64,000 nt of DNA, taken from positions 397 to 64,396 of the forward strand of contig CANPXO010000002.1 in the NCBI GenBank assembly GCA_947586205.1, in the 5' to 3' direction. Positions 37,534 to 45,836 of the stretch are shown piece by piece (the stretch's first letter is position 1; each line of letters opens with the position of its first letter). Position numbers and translations under genes: made by a program. A model generated the notes under the pieces. That model ran no database searches and was not told the origin of the DNA. It saw only the letters and a list, made by a program, of their open reading frames with translations. The DNA is from an uncultured Bacilli bacterium. Its GTDB lineage: Bacteria > Bacillota_I > Bacilli_A > RF39 > UBA660.

Positions 37534-39552
37534 ATGAAAAGAAAAAAAAGCATTCTATTCACATTAGGAATATTAACAATTCTTGTTGGAGTTGTACTGT
37601 TTTTTGTTTTACAAGATAATGAAAATAAACTAACGACGGAAGAAAGACAATGGATTAGTAATAATGAAACCAAAGTACAAAATATCTCGATTATTAATAA
37701 CAGTAATTTATTTGGAAATCTTGGAGAAGGCATTTTCTATTCTTATCTTAAAGATTTTACTGCTGAATATGGTTTAAAATTAAACCCAATTACAGTAAGT
37801 CGAAATGAAACGTCGTCTGGTCTTTCATTGCAAGTGGGAAATGAATTATCTTCTTCTGCAATCGATTTTTATGAAGATCATTTTGTAATGGTAAGCAATA
37901 CAAAAGAAAAAATTTCATCAATAAGTGAGATGACGAATAAAAAAATAGGGGTGTTAGAAAGTGACACGAATAAAGTCAAAGCTTATTTAAAAAATGAAAA
38001 CATCTATACTTCATTTAATAATGAGGATGAACTTTTTAATGCTTTAGACCAAGGAACTGTTTCTTATTTAGTGATTCCAAGAATCGAATATATGGATCGG
38101 ATTTTATCTAAAAATTATACTATTAATTATCATTTTAGTGATTTAAAAAGATACTATTATATCGATGATTCTTCGAACAGTGTTTTGTTTCGCATTATGA
38201 AGAAATTTGCCAATCGTTGGATAAAAAGCAATTTAGAAAAATCTTTAACTGATGAAGAAAGAACATTATTTCAAACAAGTTTAAATATTTCTGATTCCGC
38301 TTTAGCGAGTTTACAAAAATCAAATATTACATTTGGGTATCTTGTACATGCACCATATGAAGTTTATGGAGATCGTAAGTTTGGTGGAATTTTTGCTAAG
38401 TACTTAGATGCTTTTCAAGCTTTTTCTGGTATGGAAATCAAATATACAAAATATAATAATGATAAGAAAATGGTAAAAGATTTAAACAATAATAAAATTT
38501 CTTTATATTCAAATTATGATACGTCTATGAATAATGGAGTTATGATTGATACTTCCATTCCTCTTGTTATTGCAATTTATGCTCATGAATCTAATCCAGT
38601 TGTTATATATTCGAGTGAAACATTGAAAAATTATACTCTTTATGTAGAAGAAAATACCCTTGTTTATCAATATTTATCAAATCAAGAAGGACTTCATTTA
38701 AAAACTTATAAAAAAGATAAAATAAGTGATGTATTAAAAGATAAAAAAGCTTTACTTGCTTTAGATAAAGAAACAGGAACATACTTACAACGTTCTACTT
38801 TAAATAATTATACTTCGAGATTTGAGGAAACAACAAACTCCACTTATGTCATTCGCTCCTTAGGAAGTGATACCTTAAACACATTACTTACAAAATACTT
38901 TAATTATTTAGATAATCATTCTTATATCGAAAAAGGTTTTCATGATGCTCTAGTCACAGAAAACAGAGGTTCTATCATGACATCTATTGCAAGATATGCA
39001 CTATATGGAATTCTCATCGTCGGACTTATTCTTTTACTCATTTATCGTTCTAGTAAAAAGGTTAGAATGCAAAAGAAAGTGAAAAAAGAAGATAGATTAA
39101 AATATATAGATCAATTAACATCTTTAAAAAATAGAAATTATTTAAATGAAAATTTGTCAAATTGGAATAAAAATACAATTTATCCACAAAGTATAATTAT
39201 GATAGACTTAGATAAAGTTCAAGAAATCAATGATACTTTAGGTTATGAAGAAGGGGACAATCAAATCAAAGCAGCTGCAAATAGCCTAATCAAAACTCAG
39301 CTAGATAATACGGATATTATGAGAACAGATGGAAATGAATTCGTAGTCTATTTAATTGGATACAATCAAAAACAGGTGACAAGTTACTTAAATAAATTAA
39401 AGAAAGATTTCAAAAACTTACCTTATGATTATGGAGCAACGGTTGCATATAGCATGATTGAAAATGATTTGAAATCGATTGAAGATGCTTTAAATGAATG
39501 TATTGAAGAAATCAAGAAAGCAAAAGAACAGAAAAAGGAAGAAGAAAAATGA
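37534..39552 (+). CDS. membrane sensor: two periplasmic solute-binding-like domains + TM + degenerate GGDEF domain
   Basis: N-terminal TM. SBP_bac_3-like stretches (KIGVLESDTNKVKAYL...LVIPRIEY). A second TM segment (YALYGILIVGLILLLIY). The GGDEF-domain pattern DQLTSLKNRNYL..IIMIDLDKVQEINDTLGYEEGD..MRTDGNEFVVYL carries DGNEF in place of GG[DE]EF. Confidence 0.75.
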   Translation: MKRKKSILFTLGILTILVGVVLFFVLQDNENKLTTEERQWISNNETKVQNISIINNSNLFGNLGEGIFYSYLKDFTAEYGLKLNPITVSRNETSSGLSLQVGNELSSSAIDFYEDHFVMVSNTKEKISSISEMTNKKIGVLESDTNKVKAYLKNENIYTSFNNEDELFNALDQGTVSYLVIPRIEYMDRILSKNYTINYHFSDLKRYYYIDDSSNSVLFRIMKKFANRWIKSNLEKSLTDEERTLFQTSLNISDSALASLQKSNITFGYLVHAPYEVYGDRKFGGIFAKYLDAFQAFSGMEIKYTKYNNDKKMVKDLNNNKISLYSNYDTSMNNGVMIDTSIPLVIAIYAHESNPVVIYSSETLKNYTLYVEENTLVYQYLSNQEGLHLKTYKKDKISDVLKDKKALLALDKETGTYLQRSTLNNYTSRFEETTNSTYVIRSLGSDTLNTLLTKYFNYLDNHSYIEKGFHDALVTENRGSIMTSIARYALYGILIVGLILLLIYRSSKKVRMQKKVKKEDRLKYIDQLTSLKNRNYLNENLSNWNKNTIYPQSIIMIDLDKVQEINDTLGYEEGDNQIKAAANSLIKTQLDNTDIMRTDGNEFVVYLIGYNQKQVTSYLNKLKKDFKNLPYDYGATVAYSMIENDLKSIEDALNECIEEIKKAKEQKKEEEK

Positions 39553-40373
39553 AATTAATAGAGAAAGCAAAAAGAGTCGTAAAACGGTTATTAAACATAT
39601 TAGTAAAACCTCAAATGTTAATACTACCTGGACAACTTGCTTTCTTTTTCTTGCTTGCCGTAGTTCCAATGATAACCTTAATCTTATATGGTGCATCATT
39701 TTTTCATTTTTCCTATGATTTTATTGGTAACTTCCTACTCAAAGCATTTGGAGGAGAAATCAAAGACCTCATCATGCCAATCATTGAAGAGATTAAATTT
39801 ACTCCCAACTTTATTATTCTTGTTTTTATTTCTTTTCTAGCTGCTAGTGCAGGCACAAGTTCTTTAATTATTACATCAAATCAGTTATATCAATGCGAGA
39901 ATACAAGTTACTTAAAAAGAAAAATTAAATCTTTAATTATGACATTCATCTTAATTATTCTAATTTTATTTTTGTTACTTGTACCTGCTTTCGGAGATCG
40001 TTTTATTGAAATGATAAAATACGTAAATATGAATGAAACTGTCACCGCGGTAATTACCTTTATCATTAATTTATCAAAAGGTCCAGTATCTTGGTTACTT
40101 ATTTTTTTACTCATAAAAATTATTTACACCATGGCTCCAGATACAGATATTCCAAGCAAGGCAACGACTAAGGGTGCGATTTTCACAACACTCGGCTTTG
40201 TCATCGCGACAGGACTTTATTCCTTCTATGTCAGTCACTTTGCCCATTATGATATTTTGTATGGAGGACTTTCTCATTTCGTGGTTTTAATGCTTTGGTT
40301 CTATATCATTGCTTATGTCATTGTCATCGCAATTGCCATCAATGCCGAGGAAGTAAGTGTTTGGAAAAAATAG
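39549..40373 (+). CDS. YihY/BrkB-family membrane protein
   Basis: QLAFFFLLAVVPMITLIL and a six-TM layout typical of YihY (formerly called RNase BN-like). Confidence 0.8.
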   Translation: MKLIEKAKRVVKRLLNILVKPQMLILPGQLAFFFLLAVVPMITLILYGASFFHFSYDFIGNFLLKAFGGEIKDLIMPIIEEIKFTPNFIILVFISFLAASAGTSSLIITSNQLYQCENTSYLKRKIKSLIMTFILIILILFLLLVPAFGDRFIEMIKYVNMNETVTAVITFIINLSKGPVSWLLIFLLIKIIYTMAPDTDIPSKATTKGAIFTTLGFVIATGLYSFYVSHFAHYDILYGGLSHFVVLMLWFYIIAYVIVIAIAINAEEVSVWKK

Positions 40374-40490
40374 GAATGATAAACCAAAAAGACACGGTTA
40401 CAATAATAATGGTGCACACCAGTATTAGTCGTGCATTATATTTTAACCGCGTATTGAAGAGAATATGGGCTTAAAGCTAATACTGAAGGT

Positions 40491-40520
40491 AAGGAAACGT
40501 TTTGAAAGTTTCCTTTTCTT
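40491..40520 (+). terminator. intrinsic terminator
   Basis: AAGGAAAC-gttttgaaa-GTTTCCTT followed by TTCTT. Confidence 0.7.
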
Positions 40521-40526
40521 ATGACA

Positions 40527-40556
40527 AAATAAAAAGAGTGAATTTTTCATCACTCT
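40527..40556 (-). terminator. intrinsic terminator of the SPFH gene
   Basis: On the minus strand, AGAGTGA-tgaaaaat-TCACTCT is followed by TTTTTATTTT. It overlaps the stop codon. Confidence 0.6.
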
Positions 40557-41340
40557 AATTTAAATTAAAAATAGATAGAATATCTTCTCCAGCATAATTC
40601 GTTGGTAACTCTCCATTCCATTTCTCAATGAATTTTTGAATTAAAACTTCTTTTGTTAAAGTTTGTTTTAATAAATCATTTACTTGCTTTGTTGCCTCTG
40701 CTTCCACTAATTTTGCTTCCGCTTCTAGTTTGGCTTTTTCTAATTGTTGTTCAGCAACTTGTTTGGCTTCAATAGCATTGGAATATTCTTCACTAAAGTT
40801 AATATTAATAATGTTAAATTCATCAATAATGATTCCATATTTTTCCACTTTTTCTTGTAAAGTTTTCAAAGCTAAATCCGAAACTTCATTTCTTTTTGTG
40901 ACTAGTTCTTCAGCGTTGTATTTAGAAATGACTGATTTTACAGATTCTTCAATCGTTGGTTGTAAAATAATATTTTCATAGTCTTTGCCAACATTCTTAT
41001 AAAGATTTACGACCATATCCGGATTCACTCGAAAATTTACAGCAAGAGAAGTAGATACATCTTGTAAATCTTTACTTGCAGAAGAGGTCTCAAGTTCTGT
41101 TTTTTGAACTTTGATACTCATTTTCACAATACTTTCAACATAAGGAATTTTTAAATTAAATCCCTCTTTCATATTGGTTTCAATGACTTTTCCAAAACGA
41201 ATTTTAAGACCAATCTCTCCTGAATTAATTGTTTGAAAACTACAAAGAAGAGTTACAAGAAGAACAAGGCAAATGGCTGTGATAATGACTATTTTACGAA
41301 CATCCACATTTTTGTTTTTGGCAACATAGGTATTTTTCAA
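40555..41340 (-). CDS. SPFH/prohibitin-family membrane protein
   Basis: N-terminal TM followed by the band-7 pattern (INSGEIGLKIRFGKV...NLKIPYVESIVKMSIKVQ...) and a coiled-coil tail (AEQQLEKAKLEAEAKLVEAEA). Confidence 0.85.
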   Translation of the reverse strand: MKNTYVAKNKNVDVRKIVIITAICLVLLVTLLCSFQTINSGEIGLKIRFGKVIETNMKEGFNLKIPYVESIVKMSIKVQKTELETSSASKDLQDVSTSLAVNFRVNPDMVVNLYKNVGKDYENIILQPTIEESVKSVISKYNAEELVTKRNEVSDLALKTLQEKVEKYGIIIDEFNIININFSEEYSNAIEAKQVAEQQLEKAKLEAEAKLVEAEATKQVNDLLKQTLTKEVLIQKFIEKWNGELPTNYAGEDILSIFNLN

Positions 41341-41393
41341 AATAACTCAAACTCCTTTCTTGGGTTTATTTTATCATAGGATCCCTTAAAATG

Positions 41394-41650
41394 AAAAGAA
41401 AAAAGGAAAAAGGATAACCATTAAAACCTTTTTCCTGTAATAGCAAGACTGTCTTCTTAGAAAGGATATATATTTTACTATATGTCTTGCTAATGTATTC
41501 CAAGTGTAATAGAAAGAAGGGCGAAATACTAATGCTTAACAGAAGAAAAAATTTTTCCTTGGAATACGAGTGTATATTCTACAACAGGGGGTATGTCGAA
41601 ACTTGTCGAAAAAGCGCGAATTTATCAAAAAAATGCAAAAAAATTTAGAT
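41394..41650. repeat. copy 1 of a ~260-290 bp structured intergenic element
   Basis: In order it contains hairpin GGAAAAAGG..CCTTTTTCC, hairpin TAGCAAGAC..GTCTTGCTA, hairpin GTATTCCAAG..CTTGGAATAC, then the conserved tail gagtgtatattctacaacagg.ggtatgtcgaaa.ttgtcgaaaaa. Confidence 0.7.
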
Positions 41651-41855
41651 ATTTTCATTTTTTTGCATGAAAAAGTCATATTTGAAACAATAAATTCCAG
41701 AAAAAAGAGATATTCATGAATTTAAAAAAAGATTTTAGAAATCTTATTACAGGAAACTATTAATATGTAGACAAAAATTTAGTAATTGAAGAACTATTGG
41801 ATAAGGAAAATAAAGTTGTATTATATCCAAGGCCAAGAAGGATTATGCGATAAAA

Positions 41856-42150
41856 AAAGAAAAAGGCCGACTTGAAAACCTTTTTCATTTGCTAGCAAGA
41901 ATTGAGATACATAATTCATGACATATAAGAGGTAAGTAGAAAAATTAATCCTTAGAAACAAATGAGTGAATTCTTGCTAGGATGTATTCCAAGGGAAACA
42001 AAAGGTATCGACAACTAAATACAGGAAAACAGAAATTTTAATAAATCAAAAATTTTTCCTTGGAATACGAGTGTATATTCTACAACAGGTGGTATGTCGA
42101 AATTTGTCGAAAAAAGTCGAATCTGTCAAAAAAGTGAAAAAAATTTACAA
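41856..42150. repeat. copy 2 of the structured intergenic element (500 bp downstream of copy 1)
   Basis: Same order of elements as copy 1: GAAAAAGG..CCTTTTTC, CTAGCAAGAATT..GAATTCTTGCTAG, GTATTCCAAG..CTTGGAATAC. The 64-nt core matches 41550-41613 with only 2 substitutions and one extra A at its end. Confidence 0.7.
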
Positions 42151-42235
42151 AATTGTCTAAAAAACGAACCATGATACCATTTGACGACTCAAACAAAAGT
42201 ATAGTATAATAACAATTGAAACGAGGTGTTCTGGT

Positions 42236-42916
42236 GTGCTAGCATTCGGAAAAAATGTTCTTTATATGACAAATCCTAAACAAATTCAAAAAGTTTATGT
42301 GAGTAAAAATAAGAAAGATGAAGAATTATTTCACTTTTTAAAAGAAAACCATATCCATTATCTTTTGGTGGAGCCCAATATATTAGATAAAATGTGTAAA
42401 CAAAATCATCAAGGAATTGTTTTTGAAAGAAATGACTTTGAATATCAAACTTTGGATTCTTGTTTGGATGAAGACTTTGTGGTATTACTAGATCATTTAG
42501 AAGACCCTCATAACTTTGGAGCTATCATTCGTACTTGTGAAGCAGCTGGAGTAAAATCGGTGATTATTCCCAAAGATCGAAGTGTCGATGTGACAGATAC
42601 CGTGATTAAAACAAGTGTTGGAACCACAGAAAATATAAAAATCATTAAAGTCACCAATTTAGTAGATGCGATAAAAAAACTACAACAAAACAATTTCTTT
42701 GTTTATGCCTCAGCAATGGATGGAAAAGATATGAATCAGATGAGATTTCCAGACAAAAAAGTTTTGATTATTGGAAACGAAGGAAAAGGAGTGAGTCCTA
42801 TTGTTCGTAAAAATTCTGATGAAGTCATTTGTATTCCGATGAAGGGAGAGGTAAACAGCTTAAATGCTTCCGTGGCAGCGGGAATCCTTATATATAAAAT
42901 GGGAGGTCTTTCATGA
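42236..42916 (+). CDS. rlmB: TrmH/SpoU-family 23S rRNA 2'-O-methyltransferase (RlmB/YacO-like)
   Basis: GTG start after GAGGTG. SPOUT motifs LDHLEDPHNFGAIIRT, LIIGNEGKGVS, IPMKGEVNSLNASVAAGILIY. Synteny with the following sigH-like gene. Confidence 0.85.
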   Translation: MLAFGKNVLYMTNPKQIQKVYVSKNKKDEELFHFLKENHIHYLLVEPNILDKMCKQNHQGIVFERNDFEYQTLDSCLDEDFVVLLDHLEDPHNFGAIIRTCEAAGVKSVIIPKDRSVDVTDTVIKTSVGTTENIKIIKVTNLVDAIKKLQQNNFFVYASAMDGKDMNQMRFPDKKVLIIGNEGKGVSPIVRKNSDEVICIPMKGEVNSLNASVAAGILIYKMGGLS

Positions 42917-43521
42917 ATTACAATGAAGAAGATGATACGCTTCTTATGGATATGGTTTGTGAAACCAATGAAGAAGCAAGAGACTCTCTTTATGAAAAAT
43001 ATAAACCAATTATCGATATGACAGTCAAGAAATATGCTCTTACCGCGAGAAAGTTAGGATTAGATTTAAATGATTTAAATCAAGAAGCAAACGTTGGATT
43101 TACAGATGCGATGAATCATTATGATTCAAATAAAGAAGCTTCTTTTAAAACATTTATTCAAATCTGTATTGAAAGAAAAATCATTAATTATCTTAAAAAA
43201 CATAAATCAACAAAATACAAAACATTTCAAGAAAGCTTATCCCTAGATTATGAGTATGATGAAGGAAACTCTTTAAAGGAAACTTTAGCCGATATTTCAT
43301 CAGATCCATCTATAAAACTCAGCGATGCTGAAACCATGAAAATAATTCAAACAAAAATAAAACAGGAACTTTCTGATATTGAATATGAAGTTTTTCTGTA
43401 CATGTTAGATAATTTGAATTATAATGAAATTGCAAGAATACTTGACAAAAGTCCAAAACAAATAGATAATACTATGCAAAGAATTCGCATGAAGTTAATT
43501 CATATATTGAATGAGGAGTGA
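42913..43521 (+). CDS. sigH: sigma-70 family sigma factor, SigH-like
   Basis: Region 2 (LYEKYKPIIDMTVKKY..DLNQEANVGFTDAMNHYD..SFKTFIQICIERKIINYLK) and region 4 (YNEIARILDKSPKQIDNTMQRIRMKL). Its position after rlmB/yacO matches Bacillus. Confidence 0.7.
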   Translation: MNYNEEDDTLLMDMVCETNEEARDSLYEKYKPIIDMTVKKYALTARKLGLDLNDLNQEANVGFTDAMNHYDSNKEASFKTFIQICIERKIINYLKKHKSTKYKTFQESLSLDYEYDEGNSLKETLADISSDPSIKLSDAETMKIIQTKIKQELSDIEYEVFLYMLDNLNYNEIARILDKSPKQIDNTMQRIRMKLIHILNEE

Positions 43522-43527
43522 GTAAAA

Positions 43528-44190
43528 ATGAAAAAGAAAGAATGGATTCGTTTAGCTTTAGTTGTGGGAGTAGGGATACTTTTTGTAATCGTTTTACTTG
43601 GAGTGATGAGTTTTACTAGGAAAAGAGAAAATATTGATTATACAGAAGATCCTTCTGTACCTGAAGAAATTAAATTTACAAATGCAAGTGATATGACTGA
43701 AAGTGAAATAAGAGAATTAGTGGAAGAAAAAAGAATAAATTTAAAAAATTTCTTTCATGATGCTCAGTATTACAATATTGGTGACGTTTCTGAAGATCAT
43801 ACAAGTGAAGATAACGATGACTATATGGTTGTAAATGAAGATTTCTTAAATGAATTAAAAACTTTGTTATCTTCTAGAGCTTATGATGATTATTATCAAT
43901 ATATGGCAGAAATTGAAAAAAGAAGTGATATCAATATAAAAGGTACTTTGTATATGGCACCTCGTGATTTATTTGATCGAATTTATATTACAAGTGCAAT
44001 TCCAAGTTATGATGTATCAGAAGAGTATCTTATTTTAGAATCTGCTACAAACGAACGAATTAAAGCAAGAGAAAATATTAAATTATGTAATGATGAGGGA
44101 ATTTGTAGTCGAGATGATGTATATGAGCTTGATTTAGTGAAAGAGGAAGATACTTGGAAAGTTGATGAATTCTTAACATTAATAGATTAA
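43528..44190 (+). CDS. N-terminally anchored hypothetical protein
   Basis: One TM segment (IRLALVVGVGILFVIVLLGVMSF) followed by a soluble domain. No family recognised. Confidence 0.5.
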   Translation: MKKKEWIRLALVVGVGILFVIVLLGVMSFTRKRENIDYTEDPSVPEEIKFTNASDMTESEIRELVEEKRINLKNFFHDAQYYNIGDVSEDHTSEDNDDYMVVNEDFLNELKTLLSSRAYDDYYQYMAEIEKRSDINIKGTLYMAPRDLFDRIYITSAIPSYDVSEEYLILESATNERIKARENIKLCNDEGICSRDDVYELDLVKEEDTWKVDEFLTLID

Positions 44191-44267
44191 GAGAAGAAGT
44201 AAGGAACACTTATTTCTTTTTTTTAAAAGTTATGATAAAATCATGAATAGAGAAAAGAGAGTCGATT

Positions 44268-45770
44268 ATGAAAAAAATATGTATGGTAGTAATGGACGGA
44301 TTTGGCTACAGTGATAATAAATTAGGAAATGCTGTTATGATGGCGCCTCCAAGAAATTTTTTAAAACTGTGGGAAAAATATCCTCATTCCCTTCTAGAAG
44401 CAAGTGAAGAAGCAGTTGGATTAGAGCACGGACAATTTGGGAATAGTGAAGTTGGTCATATGACAATTGGAGCTGGAAGAAAAATAAAACAAAGTATTGC
44501 CTTACTAAGTGAATTTTTAGATGGTGCTCCAATGGAAAATGAGAATTTTTCTCAAATGATCAATTACTTAAAAGAAACTGGGAAAAGATTACATGTTATT
44601 GGTTTACTAAGTGATGGAAAAGTTCATTCCAGTTTTGATCATTTTATCAAATTGATTTCTGTCTTACAAAAAGAGGAAATTAAGAATGTTTCTTTTCATG
44701 CCATTAGTGATGGACGTGATACAGAAACAAAAGCTTTATATAACTATATTCATCCATTAGAAGAAAAACTAAATGAAACAAAAGTCGGAACAATTGCAAG
44801 TATCTGTGGAAGATATTATGCAATGGACCGTGATAAAAACTGGGATAGAACAAGAAAATATTATGAGTTATTAACAAGTGGAGTGGGAGTTTCAACTCCA
44901 AATATTCCTTTAATGATTCAAAAATGTTACGAAAAAAATATCACTGATGAGTTTATCCCACCTTTAAAAACGAAAGATTTTGTACCTATTCAAAATGGCG
45001 ATTGCATTCTTTGGATGAACTATCGTACAGACCGTGCGAAACAAATCATCAGTGCGTTTACAAATGAGACATTTGAAGAGTTTCATCGAATCAAAAAAGA
45101 AGTAGCCGTTTATTCTTTTCTTCCTATTGACCCCAAGATTAAAACTAACTTTTTTCTAGAAAGAGAAGAAGTCACCAATCCTTTAGGAGTTTATTTATCA
45201 AACTTAGGCCTTACCGAAGCAAGAATTGCTGAAACAGAGAAGTATGCCCATGTTACCTATTTCTTTGATGGAGAAAGTAACAGTTCGTTAGAAGGATGTC
45301 AAAAATTTTTAATTCCATCTCCGAAAGTAGCTACCTATGATTTAAAACCAGAGATGAGCGCGATTGATGTGACAAAAAAAGTCATTCAATGTATGGAAAA
45401 AGATTATGATTTCATCCTAGTCAATTACGCCAATCCTGATATGGTCGGACATACGGGTGTTTTAGATGCTGCCGTGAAAGCTTGTATTACAGTAGATTTC
45501 TGTGTGAATGTGTTAGCCGAGAAAGCCGAAGAAAATTTCTATACCTTAGTGATTCTAGCCGATCACGGGAATGCTGACCAAATGATTGATGAAAAGGGTG
45601 AGCCTGTCACAACCCATACATTAAGTAAAGTACCATTCATCATCACAGACCAAAAAATAAAACTAGAAGAAAAAGGTGATTTAACAAACGTTGCACCTAC
45701 AGTTCTAGATTATATGGAAATTGCTGTTCCAAAAGAGATGCGTGAAACAAAAAGCTTAATCATAAAATAG
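44268..45770 (+). CDS. gpmI: 2,3-bisphosphoglycerate-independent phosphoglycerate mutase
   Basis: MVMDGFGYS, NSEVGHMTIGAGR, LLSDGKVHSS, ISDGRDT, NYANPDMVGHTG, LADHGNAD. About 500 aa. Confidence 0.93.
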   Translation: MKKICMVVMDGFGYSDNKLGNAVMMAPPRNFLKLWEKYPHSLLEASEEAVGLEHGQFGNSEVGHMTIGAGRKIKQSIALLSEFLDGAPMENENFSQMINYLKETGKRLHVIGLLSDGKVHSSFDHFIKLISVLQKEEIKNVSFHAISDGRDTETKALYNYIHPLEEKLNETKVGTIASICGRYYAMDRDKNWDRTRKYYELLTSGVGVSTPNIPLMIQKCYEKNITDEFIPPLKTKDFVPIQNGDCILWMNYRTDRAKQIISAFTNETFEEFHRIKKEVAVYSFLPIDPKIKTNFFLEREEVTNPLGVYLSNLGLTEARIAETEKYAHVTYFFDGESNSSLEGCQKFLIPSPKVATYDLKPEMSAIDVTKKVIQCMEKDYDFILVNYANPDMVGHTGVLDAAVKACITVDFCVNVLAEKAEENFYTLVILADHGNADQMIDEKGEPVTTHTLSKVPFIITDQKIKLEEKGDLTNVAPTVLDYMEIAVPKEMRETKSLIIK

Positions 45771-45836
45771 CAAAAAAAGATTTACAATGTCAAAACTATA
45801 GATTAAAATAGTAGGAAAAAATGGAGGAAAAAATAA

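Noticed and set aside
41532-41648. 38-codon ORF (MLNRRKNFSLEYECIFYNRGYVETCRKSANLSKKCKKI) inside copy 1 of the intergenic element
   Set aside because: The equivalent frame in copy 2 has no start codon (a TAA lies 4 codons before the conserved part). The two substitutions between copies are non-synonymous. Conservation therefore looks nucleotide- or structure-driven, not coding.
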